DNA of 64,000 nt from Podarcis muralis. Lineage: Eukaryota. The position numbers and the translations under genes are program-made. Below are positions 35,832-47,536 of this stretch, piece after piece (the stretch's first letter is position 1; each line of letters starts with the position of its first letter). The stretch lies in assembly GCF_964188315.1 (NCBI RefSeq), contig NC_135665.1, positions 37,262,001 through 37,326,000 of the forward strand. Reading direction: 5' to 3'. The notes beneath the pieces were generated by a model that saw only the letters and a program-made list of their open reading frames with translations, was not told the origin of the DNA and did no database searches.

Positions 35832-37957
35832 CAGGTAGCAAAAAGAGTACAGTGAAGGCATCTGCCTGATATCAATAGGCAGGGAGTTCCAACGTGTAGG
35901 TGCCGCCACACTAAAAGACTGATTTCCTGCTAATATTCTTTCTTACAAGGGTCTCATGGGTGTTGTGGGGCAGGGCAGATGGAACACTTTGCCCATTGAT
36001 AATCCAGCACAGTATCTTGCCTGTGGCAAATTATATGGATGATGACAGAAAGGGGGAGGAGAAGCAATGGGCTATGTGAAAAGTAGAATCAACAGGGCGG
36101 ATTTATACTACTTGATGCACAATCACAGCCTGTTCCTATATCTGTCACTCTCATGAGTGTATTTATTTATCCTGACAGCATCATAGAAAGTAAGGAACTG
36201 CTTTTATCCTGTTTTTTTGAGGTGCAGACCTAAAGAAACTCAATGAGTCACCCAAGCTGATCACAGAAAAGCCTGTGCCAAATCAGGAAACGAACAGGAA
36301 AGTAAGTAAGCGCAAGTTACAAGCTTGAAACAGAGACATTTTTATTTGGCTTTGATCTTACAAAGTAAAAACCTCAGGGCTACAAACCCCTCGGGGGCAG
36401 ATGCTGCTCGTAATTCGGATATAATGTTGGCACTTGTGAGCAACACAGGAACAGAACATTCAAGGACATGGAGAGATAATTTGCCTCCGGTGGGTCCCAA
36501 AAGCAAAGTGGAAAGTCCGCAGTGGCATCTATCTATCTAGACAGAGAATACAGGAGGACCGGAATGAGGGCAGATGGCCAGACAGAAATATGCTCCAAGC
36601 AATTAGAACCAAACCGCACAACATGCACAAAAAGACAGGAAATGGAGTAAGCATCAGCGGCAGACATGGCTTAAATTAAGCCAGCAATGCCATTGTGCAG
36701 AGAAGTTCAAGGTTCCTCTCTTTGCATCTAAAAACCATTCAGGAGGTTTTAAACACAAGGGGTAGATTGCTTTGCTTTGCTGCAGTGCATCCCCCAGGTT
36801 GGGCTTCTTCCTGTTAGTGAAAGTAAAGATGTCTTCGACTTTCCCCCTCCAAAGAACTGGAGATACACTCAACATCCTGTGCCGATGCAGAACTGAGAAT
36901 GCATTATCCATTGATGAGAACAGGATGAACTTTGTGTTCTGAGCAGAAAAGCAACAAGCAGAGCCAATCACGGGTGCCCTCGAGGAAGGTTATTTGGCAA
37001 CTGCTGAAGAGATCAAATGGATGCCGCTCTGCGGTGTCATAGCCCAGGGATGCGGAACGGAATAAAAATGATTTTAAAATATGAAACTATCAGGCTGTGA
37101 AAGGGAGCACGCCCTTTTCTTTACCGCCCCCCCCCCTTTTTCCTTTACTCTGCCTTATCTTATCATCCTGTAGGTATGGTAATCTAATTTCTCATCTTTC
37201 CATAGCATTTCCCAGCATGATGTCTGACGAGGCCATTTCTGATAAAAGGTATAGATATAGCAAAGGAGCGGCTGTAAGCGGTAGGAGAGAGAGAATAATC
37301 CCATAACATTGTAGATATGAACATCCCCGTGGAACCTCTGCTGTTAACTCACTTTGTGATGATCTGTGGCCTTTCAAAAATAATTGCATTTGCCGGTATC
37401 TTTAAAGGCCGCTGAAGAGAAATCTGGAATTAATTAGGCCAGGTGAGCCATTTGTAAGTTACCCAGATACAGGAGCTAAAAATAAGCTTCTGAAGTTAGA
37501 GAATAAGAGTTAAGTTACAGGGGAAATGAGACACGCAAAAGTCATGCAGCAAAGTATGTCGTAGTCCACAAAAGTTTGTGCGCCAAACCCTCCAAGTGTC
37601 CCTATTTTCCAGGGACAGTCCTGGATTTCAGAAGCCATCCCAATTTCTGACTTGATCCCAGAATGTCCTTTTCCTTAAGACATCTCTATTTTCATTGGAG
37701 AAATGTTGGAGTGTATGAGGTACCACAAGATGCTTTTTTATATTACTTCCGGGTTTTCGGCGTTCAGGAACCAAAACGTTTGAGTACCAAGGCGTTCAAG
37801 AACCAAGGTGCGACCGTAAATCCTGAGTGTGAGGAATGAGATGGGTCAGAACATACCGAGCTGAAATAAATTCAGGTGGCTTTATTTATTTAACAAATTG
37901 TTTGTTCCCCTACTTCATTTTTCAACCCTCAAGGGGTCCCCAAGGCAGCTTGCAATA

Positions 37958-38217
37958 CAGTCATACCTCATGTTACATTTGCTTCATGTTACATTCTTTC
38001 AGGTTACGTCCCACGGTGACCCGGAAGTACCGGAAAGGGTTACTTCCGGGTTTCACCGCTCGCGCATACGCAGAACCGCTAAATCGCACTTCGCACCTGC
38101 GCACAAGCGCCAAATCGTGCCGCGCACCTGCGCAGATACAGTGCTTCAGGTTGCGCTCTTTTCATGTTGCGGATGGGCCTCCGGAACGGATCCCATTCGC
38201 AACCAAAGGTACCACTG
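37958..38217. mobile_element. Tc1/mariner-type MITE, family B (CpG-rich)
   Basis: ta|cagtcatacctc ... aaaggtaccactg|ta; related to 48127-48307; a fragment of a further relative lies at about 37745-37817. Confidence 0.85.
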
Positions 38218-38499
38218 TATGCATTAACACATAACAATTGAGCTGTATACACACCATACATTTGAAGCATGTGGGAAATATAGTGTACCCCTCACAGAGC
38301 TACTGTTCCCAGGACCCTTTAAAAGCTTCAGTTCCCAGGATTCTTTGGGGGAATGTTATGTACATGGTGCATGGTATGTCGCAAAGTACACAATAACTGA
38401 TAAATAGAAACAGAGAGCTAAAACTAAATCCAACTCTATGAGGGATTTAGGAGTTATCTGCAGGTTTGGAGTACATTGTCCTTTACATCTGCAGGTGTG

Positions 38500-39600
38500 T
38501 CAGGGGATGTGCTGAACCATTGTCTTGCCTCGCTAATGGACTGGATGAGACCCAATAACCTGAAGCTTAATCCATATAAGACTGAGGCACTATTAGTTCG
38601 TGATTCCCTAGACTGGGAAGTTGTATGCCCTTGATGGGGTTACACTCCCTTTGAAGGGGCAGGTGTGTACTTCTAGATCCATTGCTGTTGCTTTGAGCGT
38701 CAGGTGGCCTTGATGGCATGGAGTGCCTTCCATCAGCTTCAAAAAGGTTTGAGCATATAATGCCAATTTTGACCTGACTGAACTGGCTGTCAGTTAGTTT
38801 CCAGGCCCAATTGAAAGTGTGTGGTTGTTTAGTTGTTTAGTCGTGTCCGACTCTTCGTGACCCCATGGACCAGAGCACGCCAGGCACTCCTGTCTTCCAC
38901 TGCCTCCTGCAGTTTGGTCAAACTCATGCTGGTAGCTTCAAGAACACTGTCCAAACATCTCGTCCTCTGTCGTCCCCTTCTCCTTGTGCCCTCCATCTTT
39001 CCCAACATCAGGGTCTTTTCCAGGGAGTCTTCTCTTCTCATGAGGTGGCCAAAGTATTGGAGCCTCAGCTTCACGATCTGTCCTTCCAGTGAGCACTCAG
39101 AGCTGATTTCCTTAAGAATGGATAGGTTTGATCTTCTTGCAGTCCCTGGGACTCTCAAGAGTCTCCTCCAGCACCATAATTCAAAAGCATCAATTCTTCG
39201 GCGATCGGCCTTCTTTATGGTCCAGCTCTCACTTCCATACGTCACTACTGGGAAAACCATGGCTTAAACTATACGGACCTTTGTTGGCAAGGTTATGTCT
39301 TTGCTTTTTAAGATGCTGTCTAGATTTGCCAATTGAAAGTACTTAACCTAAAATGGCTCAGGACTGCAATACCTCAAGGACCCCCTCTCCCCATATGAAC
39401 CAACCCAGACCCTGTGATCATCATCTGAGGCCCTGCTTCATGTGCCTCCTCTGTGAGAGGTCTGGAGGGTGGCAACCTGAGAACGGGTCTTTTCTGTGTT
39501 GGCTCCTGGTGCCTTCATTACATATCTTTAGGTGCCAGGAAAAAACCATGCCTCTTCACCTAGGCCTTTCACTAATTAAACTATCATGGAAGACTTTGGA
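38500..39600 (+). mobile_element. Degraded L2 LINE ORF2 3' part, interrupted by Bov-B (L2 parts about 38500-38818 and 39329-39600)
   Basis: 38506 onward translates DVLNHCLASLMDWMRPNNLKLNPYKTEALLV (L2 RT motif W..N.LKLN..KTE); ttccaggcccaattgaaagt resumes after the insertion. Confidence 0.85.
38819..39328 (-). mobile_element. Bov-B (RTE) LINE, 5'-truncated 3' end (510 bp), ORF intact
   Basis: ORF 38829..39260 MVFPVVTYGSESWTIKKADRRRIDAFELWCWRRLL...; 12-bp TSD ccaattgaaagt (38807-38818, 39329-39340). Confidence 0.97.
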
Positions 39601-40455
39601 CTGCGCCCAACAAAATGCACTCACCTCTTTGCTCGCTTGCTTTGCCACAAGACCACAGAAATATCAGCTCCCAACTGCAAATGGTATGGCAATGGACCCT
39701 GCCAAGGACACCCGTCCCTGAGTTTAGCAATTAGCCAAAGCTGCAAACATTATCCAAACATTCTAAAGAGGAATTTTAAACATTCCTTTGCCCTTTGAAG
39801 TTTGGGTGTCCCCTCCAAATGCCTCCCCACCCACCTACATTTCTTGCTGAATGACAATGCTTGTGGAAGATGAATATAGAGAGGGATTGTGTTGTGGATA
39901 CAGGAGGCTGCATTCGTTTCCCCCTTTGATCACGCTCTGGATGGAAAAATTCAGATTCCCAGGCTTGAACAAATCGCACAGGCTAGCCAAAGCGTGGTTT
40001 TTCTGACAGCTAAACAAGCAACTTCTTGTCTGTCTTCCTGGCTACAAGGCTAAGGGCTAAGAAAAAGCCAACTCTGTGTTGATGAGAAGGAAAATAGAGG
40101 GTTATTAAACGACTGTTTCGTTTTTCAAAAGGTTTAAACTGAATTGCTTGGATTTAATCAAACTGTAGAAACTCCTAAATATAAGAGCTGTAGTGTGCCC
40201 TTTCCTGAAATGTCCCCACCCCCCAATTTCCCAGGCTAAATAAGAAAAGAACCTATTTGCAAACCATTTTGCAAATTAGAACTTCATTGACAGATGTCTG
40301 ATGTGAGAAAATGGAAGCTAATGCTTTTTAAAAAATACTTAGAAAATCATTCTTTGTTTTTGTGTTCTGAAACCCCTACAGCGCTTCCAAGAGTTAGGGC
40401 CAAACAGCAGGTTACATTGTTGATGCTTTAATATATATATTTTTTTAAAAAAACA

Positions 40456-40581
40456 TGTAGAGTTGGAAGGGACCCTGAGGATCATCTAGTCCAACTCCCT
40501 GCAATGTAGGAAAATGCAGCTGGATCGAACCTGCAACCTTGGCATTGTCAGCACCATGCTCTAACCAACTGAGCTATCCAG
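40456..40581 (-). mobile_element. tRNA-Ile-headed SINE with CR1-type tail (internally deleted)
   Basis: Minus strand tagctcagttggttagagcatggtgctgacaatgccaaggttgcaggttcgatcc follows tRNA-Ile; then ttcctacattgcagggagttggactagatgatcctcagggtcccttccaactctaca. Confidence 0.82.
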
Positions 40582-41425
40582 ATGTCCAGCTGACTGCTTT
40601 GAAGAAAAAGCTGCCATGAGGCCCCTATCCAGAAAGAGATTTTGCTTCAAATCAGGCCCAGCATTGGCTTCCTGCTGGGTTTTCTCTGTACACGACTATT
40701 TGCCCTTGAATATGCTGCCAGCCACAGGACAATTTCCTGCAGGAAACGGGTATGGGCTCCCAACTTGGATCAAGGGCACTTTATGGATCAGGACCCCATG
40801 CCTGCTTTTTATTCAAAATGCAAGTGACCAGTTTAGGCACACTTTTTTAAAAAAAGAAAAAGAAACCATGGATGATGTCAGTATGTAATTTCGCCCTAAG
40901 GTATTGCTGTAAGAAGAAAATGCCCTGTTTGCTTACCTTAGCAGGCAGCATATAACCACAGCATATAACTATAATGTGCAAGTCAGAGAATTCAGAATTA
41001 ATCCCAACCCCACCCATCTACCTCTGCCTTTATCCTTATATACCACAGCCTTTTCTTTGTCAGCTTTGCTGTACAGTTCAAGGAGTGCCGCCACCTTTTG
41101 GCAGGTATAGCTTGCCTGCATGCTCCAGCAAGGTGAGATCTGGGCACAAGAGCATCCTTCTGCATAAAAAGCCAGGGCTAGGTGTGTCTTTGGATGGACT
41201 TGGACATGCATGTGAGACTCGAGGGCCACCAACTGTTAACTGCAACCAGAGCAGAAGCAGGATTCTGTGGCCTTAAAAGGCCCATGTGGCAAACAGAAGC
41301 CTCACACCTGCTAGAGATGCAATACTAAGGAAAGCCTGATCTGTCAACTTGATTCGCCGTTCTTAAAATCACTGGAGCCCTATTAGTGGTGGGCAGGTGT
41401 AAGATGAATGATCTGTCATTTAATT

Positions 41426-41674
41426 CCCTGCTCCTGCCAACCTAGCAGTTCGAAAGCACGTCAAATTGCAAGTAGATAAATAGGTACCACTCTGGCAGGA
41501 AGGTAAACGGTGTTTCTGTGTCCTACTCTGGTTTGCCAGAAGCGTCTTAGTCATGCTGGCCACATGACCCAGAAGCTGTACGCCGGCTCCCTTGGCCAAT
41601 AAAGCAAGATGAGCGCCGCAACCCCAGAGTCATCTGTGACTGGACCTTATGTTCAGGGGTCCTTTTACCTTTAC
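41426..41674 (+). mobile_element. Sauria SINE, 5'-truncated
   Basis: Starts at ccctgctcctgccaacctagcag; body and ccttttacctttacc tail present; head absent. Confidence 0.93.
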
Positions 41675-43504
41675 CCCTCAACTGCCCCAACTAAATCAGG
41701 ACATCTTGTTTTGGCGCACTGTGGTCTCATGCGGGAGCACGGCCAGGAAGATGCACGTCCCGGTTTTCAGTCTCAACAGGTTGGAGGACATGGCATGGCA
41801 TCTAACACAAGAGTGTTCCCAGATATTTTTGTCTTCAAAAGATGTTGGGGTGCAGGAAGGTAACAAGGCCCACCCACTAGTCATGCACTGTCCAGTTTCC
41901 AGTGGAGAGGTTTAATATCAAACGGATACATGAGGGGTGGGGGTAAACAGGTGCCAAAAAAAAGCTATTTCCTGTGATAATATTGTGTGAAGCGTGTGCA
42001 AGGCCCATAATGTGCTTTATGCACAAAAAAGTGCCGCCTTATGCACACCAACTTGGGGTTTTCAGTCCCTTTAAACGCAGTGGGGATTGTTTCATGCTTA
42101 AGATCATGCTGCAAGCAGAGGTGCAAAAGCTCCAGGTTTTGCTGCTCTACAACTCCCATCATCCCTAATGCTGCTGCCTGGGACTGAAAGGAGTTGGGGG
42201 TTTCGCAATATGGGGAGGCGCAGATTGCCCACCCACCCCTCTGTAAGGTATGTTACCCATAACCTGCATACTATGATACCTTTGAGGAAGATCCAGCAAT
42301 TGCAGCAATTGTTTTATTTATTGTTTTAGAGGTACACAAGCAGCTGCTAGGAGTACATTCCCCGGCGGTATGTGGAGTGAACATTTCAACAAAAGACAAA
42401 GACAAACGACAGATAAAGTGGGCCAGTTCAGTGGCTGTCCTTCCAAAGAATCTAAAGTATGTAACTGCTTTGAATGTGCTGCCTAGACCAGTGGAATTGG
42501 CAGGAACTCATCAATGCTTCTGGCATCAACTGCAGAGTTTGCTTGGTCCACTTAGAGAAAGCTGCTGTCCTTTTTCCCACTCCGTGCTGGCAAAGGGCAG
42601 GTGAGTATAGTATTAGCTTTTGACATTAACTTCCTCCTACCTGTACTTCAGGTTCTGTGTAGTCAGAAGCATCAGATGTCAGTGGGAGACCAGCATTTAG
42701 CAAAATTTTCAGCTGCCACCTCTTTCTTTTGTCTCTCATTTGTCACCAGGTCTACTGGGTTCTTGAAGTACAAACTACTGTGAACTCCTTTCTCCTAATA
42801 TAGGGAGGTGGTGGGTTCCCCCTCTATATGACCAGTCAATTCACAGCTGAGTACCTGCATGAACCAGGCCCACCAACAAAAGACTGAGCTAAAAGCCAGC
42901 AAGAGGAGAAGGGCATTTGGAGGTGTCTGCTTCTTTGATACACAAAGGGAATGACAAGAACACACATTCAAGTACACAGGCAGCTGGAGAATGTGATTCT
43001 CCTCCATCACCCCTCCGCCTCCCTAGCCCTTAAAAATATTAACTCTGTCTGGTTTAACTGACAGATGTTATAAATGTAGCCAATTTCTGTCACACACCCA
43101 TCTTTCATTATTTCATCTGATCCATTTTTAAAGACAGCTAAGCCTAAAAGCCATCACCATATCTTGTGTCGGTGCCAATGAATTCCATAAATTAATCCAT
43201 GGATTGTGTGAAGAAGTTCTGTCTTTTGTCTGTTCTGCAGGGATGTTGCTAGATGTTTAGAAGACATGAGGCACCGTCCCAGATGACATACATTTACAGG
43301 TATATGTACAGATGTCAATTTAAGTTGAATTAAGTTGACAAACTCTAGCCCTTGTTGCCAGGGTTTACTCTGAGCTATGGGATGCCAGCAGGATTTTCTG
43401 GGTACACTGCCAAAAACCTGCTACTTATATGTATATTAAAACTAAAAATTTCAACATAAAACATTATCTTTCTATCTATCACATTTATATCCTGCCTATC
43501 CCAT

Positions 43505-43660
43505 GGCATACATGTTTCTCTTCCTCCCCATTAACAACCATGTGAGATAGGTTAGACTGAGAAACCGGCCCAAGCTCACCCAGTGATCTTCATGGCTGAA
43601 CAGGGGTTTGAACCCTGATCTCCCAGGTCCCATTCCAAGACTCCAACCACTACATCTCAC
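43505..43660 (-). mobile_element. Old MIR-like tRNA-CORE SINE
   Basis: Reverse complement reads agtgagatgtagtggttggagtc..gggagatcagggttcaaacc..ctgggtgagcttgggcc. Confidence 0.7.
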
Positions 43661-44157
43661 TTACTTTTCATAACCACCCTATCCTGCAATTGCAGGTCCT
43701 TAGTAAGCCTGGGTGATGTATCAATACATCCACCCAGGACTGATTTGAGCACCAGAGCATGATGGCGCCTTCACCCAACGGTATATCAGGGATGAAACAT
43801 CTGCTGCTCCTGAGAAGTGGCTTCAGTTTCACCCACAATATATCACCAGGTGAAGGCACCACTGCGCACTGGTCCTCAAACCAAGGGAGCAACAAGCTGA
43901 GAGGCGCCGTGGCCCATGGAGCTCGTTTGTCCCTTGTAGTGCCAGACCTCCATCCACCGCCAGCACGCAGCCTGCCAAGGAACAAACTAGCTCCATCAGG
44001 CCCAGCCCCATGAGGCACTGTGGTAAAACCACCATCATTCCTGCCAAGGGAGTAATGTTTGGCTAGTGATACATCACAATGTTGAATAGTGAATATTGCC
44101 CAGCCCTAGTGCTTAGAAGCGCTTAGAAGTCCTCCATCACTAGTCAGTACCATCCTG

Positions 44158-44536
44158 GGGACGACGGTCGCACTGTGGTCTAAACCACTGAGCCTCTTGG
44201 ACTTGGCGATCAGAAGGTTGGCGGTTGAAATCTGAGTGACAGGGTGAGCTCCCGTTGCTCTGTCCCAGTTTCTGCCAGCCTAGCAGTTTGAAAGCACATC
44301 AGTGCAAGTAGATAAATAGGTACCACTGCAGTGGGAGGTAAACGGTGTTTCCGTGTGCCCTGGTTTCCATCACGGTGTTCTGTTGTGCCAGAAGCTTGCT
44401 GCCAGTCATGCTGGCCATATGACCCGGAAAGCTGTCTGTGGACAAATGCCGGCTCCCTTGGTCTGAAAAGGAAGATGAGCGTCACAACCCCATAGTCGCT
44501 TTTGACTGGACTTAACTGTCCAGGGGTGCTTTACCT
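44158..44536 (+). mobile_element. Sauria SINE, longer-body subfamily
   Basis: Head, body and tttacct tail; degenerate TSD taccatcc/taccaccc. Confidence 0.93.
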
Positions 44537-44687
44537 ACCACCCACACAAGATCTGTAGCAACTACAGATCAACACGATCTGTGCTACATCTAGAACACAA
44601 TTTAAGGCGGTGAGCATAGCATACTGAAATACATACAGATGTTGCAGTGCCTCTCTAATATGGAAAAGACCTTCTGTGTATTCCCAG

Positions 44688-44689
<2 letters not shown>

Positions 44690-44725
<36 letters not shown>
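44690..44725. repeat. (AC)n microsatellite
   Basis: Seen directly. Confidence 0.98.
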
Positions 44726-44727
<2 letters not shown>

Positions 44728-47330
44728 TGGTTGCTGCTTCATGCATTCCAGAGCAATTGGGACTGAGTGGTGTAGCAGTTAGAACAAGCATTGAGGAGTC
44801 CTTGGTTTCATCCACCTCCAGCCATTAAGCTATTGAGTGACCTTGGGCCTGCACAATCCATCTCACATATTGGGGAAATAAAATGGAGGGGGGGAGGGTT
44901 AAGGTCCTTGGAGGAAGGTTGGGATAAAAAATGTAATAAACAAGACGGCTGAAATTAAGCCCCAAGCACAGACGATTCCATGAATTTTGGTATTGGGAGA
45001 TGAGGATTGCAAGACGATCAGGCCTCGTTTTATCTCTCTCGCTGCCGCTATGTAATCGTCTAGCGCGGTCCCTCTGGGCTGTACCTGATGCCACAGGAAG
45101 CCGCTTAGTTAGCTACACTCTTAGCCTGCCAAAGAGAAGAAACCTCAGAACAAATCTGTTTTGTCTAGCCCTATTCCCTTGAGTGCCGCCACTCTCCACA
45201 CACTCGCCTCCCAGACATGCCGTTTCCAATTAGGTTTAATTCTACATGAAATAAAATGCATTACATGTCGCAAGCTATTGCCAGTGCAGAGCTAAGGTTT
45301 CTTTCTGTCTCCCCGCCTCTCAAGGGTATGTGAACCAAAGCACATGATCTAGTAGCAGCTCCAGGGGTCTCCTGACTGGCTTTAAGATGTCACGGAGTCC
45401 AGGGGCTTAGCAAGGTTTTTAAAAAGAAAGAAAAGGACAGATAGGTGGTGTGGACTGGATACTGAATACATCCAGCATTTGATAGAAGGATTACTATCAA
45501 AGTTTGCAGCTGATCTCATATATTCTTGGTCAGTTTGGGCCACACCATATATTTAAAACACTTTGATACCAGTTTAAAGGATAGCCACAGATGCCTAGTT
45601 TCATTTTCTGCAATAAGATTCTGAAACATTTGATGTTCTCCCGGTCAAATGGAGAAAGGAGACTGCTAATGTGCTATTTATTCTCTCAATTGGAATGGAA
45701 AGCACATACTACTCATCTCTGGAAATGTGTCACTGCAGAGTATGGAAAATAACAGGGTATCTTCAGCAGCAGGCTAGCTTATGGGCTCAGGTTGGGGGAC
45801 TGTTGCTCGTTCCTGTCATGCCTCAGCCTGGGGACTCCTCATCAAAGGAGAAGTAGGAGGTTAAGTCCTGGGTCAGGCCCCATTTGAAGGTGAAGTGTCA
45901 GGATCCTGGGAGGAGGCTGAGAAGATGCTGATTGGAGCAGTCTGTGTGAACTAACTCTGTCCAAGTGGATTGGCTGACTCTGACTCTCGTTTGGCCCTTT
46001 GAGGTGCACCTTGCTTGCTTGGGGCAGATAGTGCTCTGGTTACTGTCCCATGGGTGTGGCTGCTGGCAAGTCCCTGGCTTACTCTGGTGCCCAGTGAGGA
46101 CAGGGCAGTTCCAAAACATCCACCTCCAGAGGCTAAGTGTCTCACTCTTGTTCTATTCTGTTGTTGGAGGACATAAGTCTTTGAATATCATTTGTGGGAA
46201 CTGCAGGTGTGGAGAGCACTGCTGTGCTCAGGTCCTGCTTGTGAGCTTCCATAGATAGGCATGTGTTTGGCCACTGCGTGAACAGAGTGCTGAACTAGAT
46301 GGCCCCCAATGGCCATTGAGCAGGGTTTTTAATAGCAGAGCTGGCCATTGCTGCAAAATAGCACAAGTCCTCACACTGGCTCTCTTAAATTATATTTTTA
46401 ATCACACTGGTAGTCCTCTCATGGCACAAGATCCGAGAACTGTGGCGTCTCCCTCTCTGCTACAGCAGACTGGAAGAGAGTGACAATGGGGTGTTAAATA
46501 AGTTTGGGTGGACAAACAGATCCCACTCATGTAATGCTGTCTCTTCTGTCTGGAGAGGGATGAAGGCTGTTTCCTTGCCCTCCTTTATTTCCTCCTGATA
46601 TCAAACCAATTCCTCAGTTGTCCTCAGATTAGTACAGTACTTAAATCCATTTAATTACCATGATGAATTACACAGCTGCCATTGATCTCCTTGTTCTTAC
46701 TCGCCCTGAGTACTAATGGGATGTTAATTTTGCCTTTTAAAAGTACAAAGTCTGATGTGGATTTTCTATTTACGCATGTTAATAGCTCTGTCAAAAGGAA
46801 TCCAGGACTGGCAGTACATGACTAATTGGCCAGTTTGTTTTACTGTCCTCCTTGGTGAGGCTGATAGCATTTCCCCACCCTCTGGCAGAATGCAAATCAA
46901 ATCTGCTATCAGCAGAAATGGAAGGTCTGAATACTATTTAGCAGGGGCAAGGGTGGGGGAGAGAAGAGGAAGAAGATCTAAGGGTTCGAACAGGAGCAGG
47001 AAAGCTGCTCCTATTATTGTCTGCAAGCAGTTCAGTCATTTGGGGTGGGAGGGGAGAGCTTAACAGGGGAGGGGCAGAGAAGGGATTTAATGAGCTGTGT
47101 TGAGCAGCGAAAGAATTACTGTGTAATTAACTCCCAGAAGATCTTATTGATGCTTCAGCAGTGAACCTGCAAGGGGGAGATGCTTCCATCTCCATCTGAA
47201 TTAAACTTTAATTTGGTGTCAAAGGGCAATGGAAAGCCCTGAATCATAAAGCAAAGAAATCAATGAACTGTGTGAGGGAAAGGGTCACACAGCTCCCCAC
47301 CTCAGCCCCCTTCCTGGCTCCTTTCCGCAG

Positions 47331-47536
47331 AGGTTGCCGATGGCCAATTTGGAGATAGAGCTAAGCTTTTATGTTCATACTCAGAGGCCCTTTGCCGGAA
47401 GTATTGACTTCTGCAGAGGTTCAGCTTTGAATCGCCTAATTTACCATATGCTTCTTCTCTCCTGCATTCCTCATCCATGTTGCCTCCCCATTCACACTCC
47501 TGATAGCTCCAGCCAAGTCCTCTCCTGCCATCCTAG
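47331..47536 (+). other. Candidate internal exon (206 nt), product unknown, possibly non-coding
   Basis: Acceptor ccccttcctggctcctttccgcag| and donor TAG|GTAAGA; one frame open (RLPMANLEIELSFYV...LSCHP). No homology recognised. Confidence 0.2.

Larger units (their letters stand above)
34748..35935 (-). mobile_element. L2 LINE 3' fragment split by Bov-B and SINE insertions (L2 parts about 34748-34952 and 35828-35935)
   Basis: ctgggtaggcttggctaaacaaaaatgttt on the left continues as tagcagg..aaaagagtacagtgaaggc..ggcagggagttcc on the right of the insertion. Confidence 0.65.

Noticed and set aside
41440-41470. Additional hammerhead cores at cgaaagc motifs in Sauria SINEs and at 31138
   Set aside because: No upstream CUGANGA with a pairing stem II.
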